DNA of 64,000 nucleotides from Squalus acanthias (taxonomy: Eukaryota): positions 154,010,001 to 154,074,000 of the forward strand of contig CM059431.1 in assembly GCA_030390025.1 (NCBI GenBank), read 5' to 3'. Shown in pieces: positions 39,501-50,440 of this stretch; the first letter of the stretch is position 1, and every line of letters starts with the position of its first letter. The position numbers and the translations under genes were made by a program. The notes beneath the pieces are model-generated. The model was not told the DNA's origin, made no database searches, and saw only the letters and a program-made list of their open reading frames with translations.

Positions 39501-42500
39501 CATGATTTTGACTTAATCATATTCGTGCAATCGGACTTTTTTTCCTTTTATTTGGCACTTTATCCTTATTTCATATCAATTGCGAAAATCCAGATTCCCT
39601 CAGTGACTCAACGCTGGTCCTCTCTATCACTGCAACCTTCTCCAGCCCTACATAGAAACATAGAATATATGAGCAGTAGTAGACCGTTCGGACCCTCGAG
39701 CCTCCTTCGACATTGAATAAGATCATGGCTGATCTTCCAAATTCAGTACCCTGTCCCTGCTTTCTCCCCATATCCCTTGATCCCTTTAGACTTAAGAAAT
39801 ATATCTAACTCCTTCTTGAATATATTTAATGAATTGGCCTCAACTGCCTTCTGTGGTAGAGAATTCAACAGGTTCACCAATCTCTGGGTGAAGAATTACA
39901 TCCTCATCTCAGTCCTAAATGGTTTACCCCTTATCCTTACACTGTGACCCCTGGTTCTGGACTCCCCCACCATCGGAACATCCTTCCTGCATCTAGTCTG
40001 TCTAGTCCTGTTAGACTTTTAAAAGTTTAAATAAGATACCCTCTCATTCTCTAAACTCTAGCGAATATAAGCGTAATCGGAACAATCTCTCCTCATATGT
40101 ATTTCCTGCCATCCCAGGTATCAGTCTGGTAAATCTTCGCTGCACTCCCTCCATGGCAAGAACATCGTTCCTCAGATAAGGCCACCTAAACTGCAGACAA
40201 TACTCAAGGTGTGGTCTCACCAAGGCCCTGTAAAACTGCAGCAAGACATCCTTGCTCCAGTACTCCAATCCTCTCGCTATGAAGGCCAACATACCATTTG
40301 CCTTCTTAACAGCCTGCAGCACCTGCATGCTTACCTTCAGCGACTGGTGCACAAGGAGACTCAGGTCTCGTTGCACTTCCCCTTCTCCCAGTCTATTGCC
40401 GTTCAGATAATAATTTGCCTTCCTGTTTTTGCCACCAAATTGGATAACCTCGCATTTTTCCGCATTATACTGCATCTGCCATTCATCTGCCCAAACACCC
40501 AGCCTGTCCAAATCCTACTGGAATTTCTCTGCATCCTCCTCACAGCACACACGCCCACCCAGCTCTGTGTCGTCTGCAAACTTGGAGATATTACATCTAG
40601 TTCCCTCGTCTAGATCATTAATATATATTGTGAATAGCTGGGTTCCTACCACCAATCCCTGCGGTACCCCACTAGTCACTGCCTGCCACCCGGAAAAAGA
40701 CCCGTTTATTCCAACTCTTTGCTTCCTGTCTGCCAACCAATTCTCTATTCAAGTCAGTAGCTTAACCTCATGCCATGTGCTTTAACTTTGCACGCTAATC
40801 TCTTATGCGGGACCTTATCGAAAGCCTTCTTAAAATCCAAATACTCCACATCCACTGGTTCTCCTTTATCTATTCTACAAGTTACATCCTAAAAAAATTC
40901 CAGTAGATTACTCAAGCATGATTTACCTTTTGTAAATCCATGTTGAGTTTGTCCGATCCTGTCGCTGTTTTACAAGTGATCTGCTATTACATCTTTTATA
41001 ATGAACTCTGGCATTTTCCCCACTACCGATGTCAGGCTATAATTCCCCGTTTTCTCTCGACCACTTTTTTTAAATAGTGGGTTTACATTAGCTATCCTCG
41101 AATCCATGGAAACTATGCCAGAGTCTATAGAATTTTGGAAGATGACCAGCAATGCATCTACTATTTCTAGGGCCACTTCCTTAAGTACCCTTAGGATGTA
41201 GATTATCAGGCCCTGGGGATTTATCGGCATTCAATCCCGTCAATTTCCCTAACAACATTTTCCTGCAAATACTGATTTCATTCAGTTCGTCCCTCTCATT
41301 AGATCCTATGTTCTCCGACATCTCTGGAAGTTATGTGTGTTCCTTTGTGAAGACAGAAACAAAGTATGTATTTAATTGTCAGCCATTTCTTTGTTCCCCA
41401 TTATAAATTGCCCTGATTCTGACTTCAATGGACCTACGCTTGACTTCACCAATCATTTTTCTCTTCACACATCTATACAAGCTTTTACAGTCAGTTTTTA
41501 TGTTCCCTGAAAGCTTACTCTCATACTCTATTTTCCCCCTCTTAATTAATCCTTTTGTCCTCGTTTGCTGAACTCAAAAGTGCTACAATCCTCAGGTTTG
41601 CTGCTTTTTCTGGCCAATTTGTATGTCCTCCGTGAATTCTGTGCTCATCCAATTCTGCCCTTTTTGCTCATGCTCGATTCTTTTCACGCCACCATTGGCC
41701 GAGGCGTATTGAGCTTTCTCGGCCCTAAGCTTTGGAATTCACTGCCTAATCATCTCTGACTCTCTGCATTTCTCTCCTCATTTAAGATGCTCCCTAAAAC
41801 TTATCTCGTTGACAACGATTTTGGTCACCTGATTGCGAGCTTTTCTATTCATTCTTCTCATAAAGAGAGGGAGAAAGAAAACAGTCGTTTCTTAGCTGAT
41901 TTTGTAAAATACTTTGTTCAATATGTTTACAATATCTATTTTTTTAGGAAATCAGAACGCTTGCTGAAAGTCAGCGCAGAAATGATGCTTCCCAACTCAT
42001 TTTCGATACCGTGCTGGAAAAGGGAGCTCGTGGAGAAAGAACATTCTGGAACATAATTCTTCAACTGATGTATTCAAAACCCAAGCTGAAAGCGACATTG
42101 CTAGAAATACAGATCAGAGGTACAGGGGCAGAAAATATTCTAGAAGGTAGGTCATGTCCAAATCTAATGGCAAAAGATCACGTTTACTTTCAGCGGAGCA
42201 AAATTCATTATTCATGTCGATTAACTTATTTTAAGTTAATGCCCTTGAGGATAAAATCATAAGTGGGCGGGGACACAAAACAGGTGAAATCGCATTTGCC
42301 GACAGTTACAACACACGCCAGATATTCAGTTCAATTCAAGTTTGTTCCGGCGCAGCGTACAATAGGTGATGTTTGCGATACCGCCTGTATTATGTCCTCG
42401 CCGAAAAACGGCCGAGATTACATATCTTCCGTTGACTTCAGTAGAACTGCATAGGCTGTATTGTGCCCACCCTCCACACCCCAACCCCCAGAGCCGGCAA

Positions 42501-45500
42501 TCAGGGAAATCTCTCACATCAGGGAAACTGCTGAAATCTTCGGCTCTTCACAGTAATTGCACTCTTAAATTCCCCAATAAAAGTTAGACTGAAAGGCATT
42601 GGGCGTAAGTGGGTTTCAACAGCCTATTGGCTTTCAAACAAAAGTTATGGGCCTGAAATTCTAATTTTAATTTTTAGCAGAGATCAATTTTATTCATTTT
42701 AATAAAATTAATATTTTTAGGAAACTTTTTCTTCAATGTTTTTTAAATTCTTATTTCAGGATTTCATTTTCCTCATGCGAGAGTTTCAATGTTTGTTTTG
42801 TTCGCTCTAACATTTAAAAAAAAGTTTGATGTTTAAGAGCTGACTCACTTCCTTGTTCACTGTCTGTGAGAATTCTGCGCTTTGATTGGCAGCTTAGATA
42901 GCCTGTTGACGTCACAGCAGCTTGCACTAGGGCATCCCGATGATTTTCCGTTCATTTCGATTACGCTTCAGAAAACCTGAACTTCTTCACACAGAGATTG
43001 CGAGACCTTTGTTTGAAACTATCTTTGGGGCTAGCCGCAAACGACTTTGCTTCGCCACTGACACAAATTCTGGGCCATTGCTTATTTAATAGTGGCATCT
43101 CTTAGGCCTTTCTACTTCCATCCCACTGCATTTTAGAACCAGGTACATTCAATTATGAATCCTTCAAGCTATTGTCATGTTTCAGATATGGTATTAGAGA
43201 TTCTGTTATTATTTTAATTTGATATCCATAACTATTTTCCCAATGGTTTGTTCTTGTAATTGGTGTATTGATTTCTATCAAATTTATCGTGACTATCTTT
43301 AGATTCACAGTATTTCCATATCTTTGTTCTCATATCCCAGTTTAGTTTTCGAAGAAAGAAGGAAAGAGCTTGCATTTACTGATGCAATCTTTAAATCACT
43401 GAACATTATTTATTAGCTGTTTAGGACAAACAAGTGAAAAACATGACTATCGCTAATTGCTCATAAGCACATGGTGATTCCAAGGCATTAACTTTGACCT
43501 GGAGTTTCAGATCACCGTACGGAACCATTATAGGTTAATTTTCTGGATATATGATTCCATATGAATAATTGCAGTGTTTTTATTCACGCTTTTGTGAGTT
43601 TTAGACTCGATTCCTCAAACGACCTTTGGACACTGCCCATTCTAAACTCCTGTTTGTCCAGAGCTTCAATTCAAAAATGAACCCCATTTCCACTTATCCG
43701 TAATCACTTTCATCAATGATCTACTTTCACTAGTTATCTCAAATCATTGATGAAATTTTCCTACTCTACGGCCTTGACCACCTTTTCTCTACAATCTTCT
43801 TCACAACCGCTCTATTTCATTCCTGTCGCTCCTCTCCTCTTGCTGTGAGCCCCAGATTATTGGATTCTCTGCTCAGGACAATACGTCAGCGCCACTGGCT
43901 GGAACTCCGTTGCCGTGGGCCTCCGCTCTCGACTTCTTAATTACTTTAAACAGCCTCCACAGTGCCAATACGTTGAATTTACTTTATTTTATCGTTCTTA
44001 ATTTATTGATCAAAAACATAGTCTCTCGTTCCCCTGTGTGTAACGTTGCGTCGAATATCTTCTTTAGCGCCCGCATTTCAATCTCTCTTGGTTCCCTTTT
44101 TAACCTTTGAAAAAAAGTCTTATTGATGATAAAAAAAATTCTGGAATGCTTTCTCGGATCACCAATGCACCCCGCAATTCTTCGCAAACTCCAGTTACTT
44201 TAAAACAGTGCAGCTAGAGTCTTCTCTTATATAAACAAGTCATGTAATTCTATTGCTCATCAGCACCGAGCTGTACTGGCTTCTTGGTACAAGCAGTTTT
44301 GAGATTAAGGACCTCGAACATGTTGCGATGTTCCATCCATGGATTCCTTCCATTTTCTCTGTGCAGATTTCTCGGCCCGACACGTTACCTCTGCTTCTGT
44401 CCCTGAATGTTACTGCAATGGTGGATCTGCACTGGTGTATTACAGGCAGCCTTTCTATCACAACACACTTGCTCTTATGGACCGTTCGTTGTTAATTCCT
44501 TTGCCACGAAACCTGTCCCCTTTCTTTCCCAACGGCTCTTAAAATCTCTCTCCTAGTCTATATCTCAGATTCCGACGTCAACATTAAACCCGCAGCTTGT
44601 GTCCTGCTTTAATATTTTATAAATATTTTCATATGTGGAGATGAAGCTCCAAGGGGTGAATTGCTGATGTCTGCTGAAGCAAAGAATTCCGGCAGTGACT
44701 ATTCTTCTGATTCTAACTTCATATTGAGGAATACGGATCGATATCTAGTAATTCTTTCAAAGTTACAATGGAAATTGCAAATATTTATCTGGCAAATTTC
44801 TCGTCATGAATGTCTTTTGTAATTTTCAAAACTTTACTACAGGAGGCTCGTGAACCCGAAGTAAATGGCCCAGAATCCTTAATTCTGCTTCATGAAATTC
44901 GCTGATATTTCAGAAAAGTATGATCCGTCAGGCTACTGTATTTTTCTTATGGTGTCTGGGCACCAAAGGGCAAAATAATTAAAAGTTGACTCGTTACTCA
45001 CAACGTTCATAGGATATTTTTCTTGCATATTAGATTTCCTTCATTGCATTGACAGTTGAAATATTTTTCTCCTGAGTCAGAATTGCTATGATAATAAAAT
45101 TGTTTATGGTTTCATATTCAAGAGATAGAACTTCAGCACAAAGCCACTCTCCTAAAACAGTCTCAGAAGCTGAGAGTTACCATCACAATCACTGGAAGAA
45201 AAGAGACGCCTCGGTCCTGTTCGCTCGATGAGAGTTACACTGGCGTAAGGATTGTTGCTTCCCTGCGTGAGCGGGCATTGGTAGAAAATGAACTGAAGGC
45301 CCGGGGGAGAGACCGCGAAGAGATACAGAGGGAAAATGTCATGAATGAGCATGAAGTTCAACTCGATCAACTTTTGAGAAGCAGTTCCCCTAAAGTAGAC
45401 AGTTCTGGGACAACTGCGGTAATTGGGGCTGCAGGGATTGGGAAAAGCACCATGATACAGAAGATAATCCGTGACTGGGCCACAGGAAAAATATACCAGC

Positions 45501-48500
45501 AGTTCAAATTTGTCTTTCATTTTAACTTTACACAATTAAATTTAACCAAAGTCAGAACAAATCTAACTGCTCTGATCCTGGATTCCTACCCTTACTTCGA
45601 AAATGCGTTCGGAACATCTGTGGGAAGAACCCGGAAACATACTGTTTATATTTGATGATTTTGACCAATTTGATCAAACCATCGATTTCACCGATGTTCA
45701 GAGAAACAACGACCCCCAAAATCAGTGTTTCGATTCCGAATGCTGCTGTTCGGTGTCAGACATCGTGCGCTGCCTCATTCAGGCAGAGTTACTGAAAGGC
45801 TGTTCAGTACTGATCACAAGCCGGCCGTGGAATCTGCTGTCTCTGGCAAAGGCAAACATAAATCAAACGTTCGAAATCCTAGGTTTCACCTCTGAGAAAA
45901 TAAAACGATATTTTCGCCGTTATTTTGGAGATGAGCAGTTTGCGACAGATGTAATCGAGTACATTGAGCAGAATGATACCTTGCACACCATGTGCTATAA
46001 CCCTCTGTACTGTTCAGTCCTCGCTTCATTATTAGAGTCACAGCGGTCACAAGGAGCGGGGGAGAGACCATTGTCCGTCACAACCAGCACACAAGGTGTT
46101 CTCCGCGTACGTCACATGTCTTTTAGAGAAATGCGGCAGTGACGCGGAAACATCTCGCGATATGTTGCAGAAACTAGGCCCTTTGGCCTACGAAGGCATT
46201 TGCAAGAAAACCGTTGTGTTAAAAGCCGAACAATTAAATTGCCACAGACTCAAACTTTCAAATGTTATCTCTGCGTTTGTGATGCAGATTCGCGACGAAG
46301 ATCTGTGTAGTGTTGACTACACATTCACTCATTCCGTCGTGCAGGACTTTGTCGCTGCACTTATGAAAAGTCTAAGCACACCAGGAAATGGACAGACACG
46401 ATTGCTCAATGAAGTGTATACGTGCACTGACGAGAGATTCAATATTTTTTCACGCTTTCTTGTCGGTCTCTCCTCACGGATTTCGACTGATCAGCTTGAA
46501 AGTCAAATGGGAGATTTTCCTTCTGAAGCAACCGCGTGTATGTCGCAGTGGCTCACAGAACATGTCAAAAGACGTGTTCAGAACTTAGAAGATGGGCAAA
46601 GCCAAAGGACACTCTTAAAGATATTGCATTATTTCCTTGAATTTGGAGACATAAAACTGATGAAGGTCGCAATAACACCGATAAAGACAATGAAATTCAC
46701 ACAGTGTCCCTCTTAAACCTTCTGACTGTGCGGTTCTGTCAAACGCACTAATGGCCGTTGAACTGATAGAAGAGTTGAATCTCAGTACCTGTGGGATACA
46801 AGATGAAGGCATCCATCAGCTGAAGCTCGTGCTACACAAATGTAAAATACTCAGGTAATTCAGCGAATACGTTCAATATCATTATCAACAACTAATGTTT
46901 TACTGGCATCAGGGGTAATATTAGGTAAAAGTAAAAACATTCACTGAATTCGATCAATTAATGAGCACATTCTCTCATTCCACTCCCTGCTGTGCTAAAT
47001 GGCACCCTAAGAGACAGCACTGGAGTGTCTGTTCAGGTAATGCCTGAAAGTGCTGTGGTGCTCATTTAATTAGATCAGATTGGATGTTGTCAACATTACA
47101 TCCAAATCAAGCGCACTCTTTGCACCACGGAGGAGTCTGGATTAATCATTAAGATATATTCCCCTACACTTTAGTCATGATATATTAGATCGCTGTTGGG
47201 AAAAAAAAAAACATTTCACAGATTCACAGAATCTTACAGCATAGAAGGAGGCCGTTCATCCCATCCTGTCTGTGCCGGTTTTCGAAAGAGCTATACAATT
47301 AGCCCCACTCCCTTGCTCTTTCCCCATAGCCCTGCATATTTACCCCCTTCAAGTGTTTATACAAGTCCCTTTGATAAACTACTATTGAATGTGATTCCAC
47401 TAGCCTTTCAGGCAGAGCATTCCAGATCATAACAACTCGCTCCATAAATGTGTTTCCTCATGTCACCTCTGGCTTTTTAGACAATTAGCTTCAATCGGTG
47501 TCATCTGGTTACTGACCATGTGCCAATGGAACATTGCCAGCAACAAAATATCTGTTTTATTTTAAACTGTAAACAAATAACATTGTTATATTTTGCAGTT
47601 TCATTAATTTACAGGCGAGCTTTAACTGTATTGTTCTAAATTTTTCAATCCATCGATCAGATCAGATTTGCTGAATCAATAATGTTATTGTTCAGACTCA
47701 ATGGTGTCAAGTGATGCAGTCAGATGTGGGTTCACGTCTGCGATTCCTCAAATTCTGAGTATTCTTTCCAGCCGCACTGCTGTGCCAAAACATCATCAGA
47801 GGTCCGGAGGGAAGAAAAGTGAGAGGGATTTTCATCCCAATTGCTCTTATGCACATTCGAGCGATATGTTACAATCCCCATCAGTGGATTCTCCAATAGA
47901 CTTGGGCATCATTTAATGACATTTGTGAACCTCATTGCATCAAATAGATAACTTTCCTGAAATAGAGACAAGATCAAAGGGACGGACTCTAATTTTAACA
48001 TAAATTCTCCTATTAATGAAGAGAATCGTCCTGTGAGGGACATATGTCGTGGATTCCTCTCCGTTACAGACCACGAGTTTATAGCATTTAATCTGCCAAC
48101 CACTCAGTGCCTACATTAAATGTTATAATTTTAAATGTATGTTGAAATCATGATCGCGGGCATTAGAGTAACTTCCGGTAAAAGAACTACACTTTGTGAT
48201 CGTCACTGATTTGAACGCATGCGCTATTACTAAATAATGTTGAGCAAATCATAGAATTGAATTTTGATTACAGGTCTTATGTTCGCGTCTTGGATGCCCA
48301 AAGTGTCCCACGTTAAATGCATTAAAGAATTACGAATATTTCCTATGTATTGCATTGCTACCTATTAATTATTGATTTTGGTTATTCCTGTTCAGACTCA
48401 ATGAGAATAAACTGGGAGATTCGGGAGTGAAACGGCTCTCTGCCGTTCTGAAGAAAAATGACTGTAAAATACAGAGACTGGAGTGAGTAATTATGTTTAA

Positions 48501-49274
48501 AATATTGAACTGTACAACTAGAAAGTCATTTAACTATAATAATTCTAATTAGTGTGCGAATGATGATCAGGCAGCTCACAATTCAATTCAAATTAAGACG
48601 GAAATAATTTATAAACAGAAAAAAAAATGCTTATATCATGAAAGGTATCTCCCACGTTCTCTGGAATTTCACAGTAATTATTAACAGGTGATGTATATTT
48701 TAACGTGTGAGCGTTTTATATAATTTCTGTTTATTTTTCGATCATGCAGGTTAAAAGCTAACGATATCACAGATCATTGTGTTGAAAATCTAGTCTCTGC
48801 CCTCCATGATAATGGTTCACTGATGGAGCTGGATCTGAGTAATGATAATCAGGACTGTGAACAGGCCAACAGACTGACTGACAAGTCTGTTCCGGCATTG
48901 CGCCGTCTCATCCAGAGTAGAGCTAATCTCAAGCAAATCAGGTGAGTTTCCAGGTTAACTATTTATTAATTAAATGTTCTTTCACATGTAAAATGCATTT
49001 TCGGTATTTTAATTTGAATAGACTTGATATGGGAAAAATGACAATATTATATCGTGGAGAATGTATCTCCTTCGCATGAGAAAACACATTTATTCTGAAT
49101 GAATTTCATAATATAGCTACTCACAGTGAGTGGAAGAATCCACTCCTTATCGATAATTATTTCTTCGTTATTTTAATATTTTTCAGTTTGACAAACAATC
49201 AATTCTCGGCAACAGGACAGAAAAATCTGAAGTCGGTCAATGTATCTGGTCATTTGACTGTAATTACAGAATAA
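24396..49274 (+). CDS. NLR (NACHT-LRR) gene model: 3x N-terminal CARD-like cassette + FISNA-like + NACHT + LRRs. 10 exons, about 1,067 aa if the three +1 frameshifts are corrected
   Basis: Exons joined by hand, all AG/GT bounded with matching phases: 24396-24565, 29086-29284, 31306-31475, 32628-32826, 36378-36547, 41948-42146, 45123-46854, 48396-48482, 48750-48941, 49187-49274 (TAA). A 5' exon was not found; ATG 24413 is a possible start. Confidence 0.85.
25312..26031. mobile_element. PIF/Harbinger-type MITE, opposite orientation to 12776-13517
   Basis: TIRs GGCTCGTATTTTCCG / CGGAAATTACGGGCC; empty site in duplication unit 3 at ~37850. Confidence 0.8.
26801..27620. mobile_element. PIF/Harbinger-type MITE with an internal ~277-bp duplication
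   Basis: Ends aat-GGGCCGGATATTCCG / CGAAAAAACTGGCC-att; homologous to 25312-26031. Confidence 0.75.
29086..29284 (+). CDS. NLR N-terminal cassette 1, exon B (EIRTLAESQRRNGASQRIFDTALEKGARGERTMWNIFLQLQNTKPELKATLSEIQKTGTGSKHELE)
   Basis: Pyrimidine tract ttttttag acceptor (phase 0), GAAG|gtagg donor (phase 1); CARD-like LEKG motif. Confidence 0.85.
29419..30208. mobile_element. Second Harbinger-like MITE family, copy in unit 1
   Basis: aat-GGCCGGTAA...AATTCCGGGCC ends; paralogous copy at ~42280-43076. Confidence 0.6.
31306..31475 (+). CDS. NLR N-terminal cassette 2, exon A
   Basis: taaag acceptor, AAG|gtatg donor; near-identical to 24396-24565. Confidence 0.8.
31525..31882 (+). mobile_element. 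Penelope-like pLTR fragment (second family)
   Basis: Contains a hammerhead motif followed by AATAAA; absent from units 1 and 3. Confidence 0.65.
31756..31791 (+). ncRNA. Minimal type I hammerhead ribozyme
   Basis: TCAC-CTGACGA-GGAAGgcagCTCC-GAAA-GC-TT-GTGA; palindromic AAGCTT. Confidence 0.7.
32628..32826 (+). CDS. NLR N-terminal cassette 2, exon B (QISKFAESQSRNDASQLIFDTVLEKGARGERTIWNIFLQLQ...)
   Basis: ttttttag acceptor, GAAG|gtaggt donor, open frame, 199 nt like the other B exons. Confidence 0.85.
32870..35320 (+). mobile_element. CR1/L2-group LINE (family B), APE-RT remnant
   Basis: GDFNVH, DQPWFNEEC, KAMGPDNIP, FADDCTV, VRSVMEYSPLAW; AATAAA tail and A-run. Confidence 0.9.
36378..36547 (+). 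CDS. NLR N-terminal cassette 3, exon A (NSDTKILLMLARCTDIQLGRNIVCWRQRLEQSIEDFVEAVSQSLLDANLFTETDHE)
   Basis: gacag acceptor, GAG|gtatg donor, open frame, 170 nt. Confidence 0.85.
37550..37815 (-). mobile_element. LINE family B 3' end
   Basis: Reverse complement of the 35070-35310 tail. Confidence 0.8.
38477..38858 (-). mobile_element. Penelope pLTR fragment with a mutated hammerhead core
   Basis: Reverse complement of 8370-8745; core reads GTGACAA instead of CTGACGA. Confidence 0.8.
39650..41625 (-). mobile_element. CR1 LINE, 5'-truncated, relatively young
   Basis: ISKFADDTELGG, ALVRPHLEYC; highly similar to 52230-54215. Confidence 0.95.
41948..42146 (+). CDS. NLR N-terminal cassette 3, exon B
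   Basis: tttttag acceptor, GAAG|gtaggt donor, open frame, 199 nt. Confidence 0.85.
42280..43076. mobile_element. Second Harbinger-like MITE family, copy in unit 3
   Basis: Aligns to 29419-30208; right end AATTCTGGGCC-att. Confidence 0.6.
45123..46854 (+). pseudogene. Large FISNA-like/NACHT/first-LRR exon with three apparent +1 frameshifts (~45610, ~46095, ~46710)
   Basis: Walker A GAAGIGKST (from 45425), Walker B ILFIFDDFDQ (45639-45668), sensor-1 VLITSR, MCYNP, winged-helix YTFTHSVVQDFVAA and LRR IEELNLSTCGIQDEG lie in four successive frame segments; donor CTCAG|gtaatt. Confidence 0.9.
48396..48482 (+). CDS. NLR LRR exon, 87 nt (LNENKLGDSGVKRLSAVLKKNDCKIQRL)
   Basis: ttcag/gtgagt boundaries, phase 2-2, ribonuclease-inhibitor-type LRR. 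Confidence 0.9.
48750..48941 (+). CDS. NLR LRR exon, 192 nt (LKANDITDHCVENLVSALHDNGSLMELDLSNDNQDCEQANRLTDKSVPALRRLIQSRANLKQI)
   Basis: tgcag/gtgagt boundaries, phase 2-2, two LRRs. Confidence 0.9.
49187..49274 (+). CDS. NLR terminal exon (LTNNQFSATGQKNLKSVNVSGHLTVITE*)
   Basis: tttcag acceptor, LRR-like LxxNxF, TAA at 49272-49274 overlapping AATAAA 49270-49275. Confidence 0.85.
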
Positions 49275-49384
49275 AGGATTACTTATCAAGAAGGTAGTTT
49301 AATGCAATTATGTTAATTCGGTGATACTGTAGAATCGGTTGCATTTTTGAACAGGTTGCCCGGACGTGTTCCAAAGAGAACAAA

Positions 49385-49800
49385 CAACAAAAATGAGCTC
49401 AGAAGACGCATTTCCTCCCTTACCACTTCCCAGTGTCCCAGATACTCCATCCAGGTTAAACAGCGAGATACAAGCACTTCTTTTAATGCATTATACTGTA
49501 TTCGCTGTTCACAATGCCAACTCCGCTACAGTGGGTAGACCTAGTGTAGGATCAGTAATCGCTTTAGTGAACACATCTGTTCTCTCCGGAAGTGTGACCC
49601 TTAGCTTCGGATCGCTTGACATTTTAATTCTACCATCCCACTGGGACCTCTTTGTACTCGGGCAATGACGCTTATCAGAAGCTCGAGGAATAGCAGATCA
49701 TCTTTTGATTATGCACTTTGCCACCTTCCGGACTCAACACTGAGTTCAACAATTTTAGATCATAGTCACTGCTCCCATTTTTACGACAGTAGCTGCCGGT
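49385..49800 (+). mobile_element. Old Penelope GIY-YIG remnant
   Basis: NALYCIRCSQC; end aligns to 15780-15845. Confidence 0.7.
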
Positions 49801-50294
49801 AATTAAAGCTTAAGAACGAGATCCACAGCGTTATTTAGATATGTGGACATCGGAATGTATAATATATCTGCTTAAAGACATCAAAAATGAATATATATAA
49901 CAAAACATCTAATACACGAATTATTGAAATAATAATAAAATAAACGTAATGTGGACTGAATTACATGTGCGTGCACTGATTTATTTATGCAAGGTAGAAA
50001 GGGATTATGGATCGTACTATCAGAATGTGGTAATTGAATAGCTAGTGCTGGACAGCTCAGGACACAAATAAAATGTAAATAAACTGATTTTGGCGACATC
50101 CTGCTGGTCTGACAGGGAGAAACAGGAGTCACAGGTGGAGCGCCTTCCCGAGTTTCACGATGTGTCTACTAGATACGGGCTGTACGTCTGTGAATTCAAT
50201 TGTAGAAGTGACGCTGAGGCGAGTTCTCCTTGGTAATATTGTGGCAAGTTGGAGATAAGTTTACCGACGGGGTGCGATGTATATTTACTGAAAC

Positions 50295-50440
50295 TGTCAG
50301 CGCAGTACTGAGGGAGCGTTGCACTGTCTGATGTGCCATCTCCTGGATTAGACATTAAATCGAGGCCACGTCTCCCTTCTCAGCTGGATTGAAATGATCC
50401 AATGGCACAATTTGAAAGAAAAGCTAGGGAGTTCTGTCCG
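50295..50440 (+). mobile_element. Deu-domain SINE-like fragment
   Basis: gcagtactgagggagcgttgcactgtc...aatggcacaattt resembles the DeuSINE core as recalled; not searched. Confidence 0.5.

Larger units (their letters stand above)
23570..43970 (+). repeat. Tandem intragenic segmental duplication, about 3.2 units (unit starts ~23570, ~30225, ~35320, ~43095)
   Basis: The same intronic blocks recur (e.g. gctcagcagcatc..gtgattcca near 23670, 30583, 35674; variant near 43460) together with exons A/B; the fourth unit stops before exon A. Confidence 0.9.

Noticed and set aside
44560..44910. Possible linker exons between cassette 3 and NACHT
   Set aside because: Candidate acceptors run into stops or lack clear donors; B3 splices in phase directly to 45123
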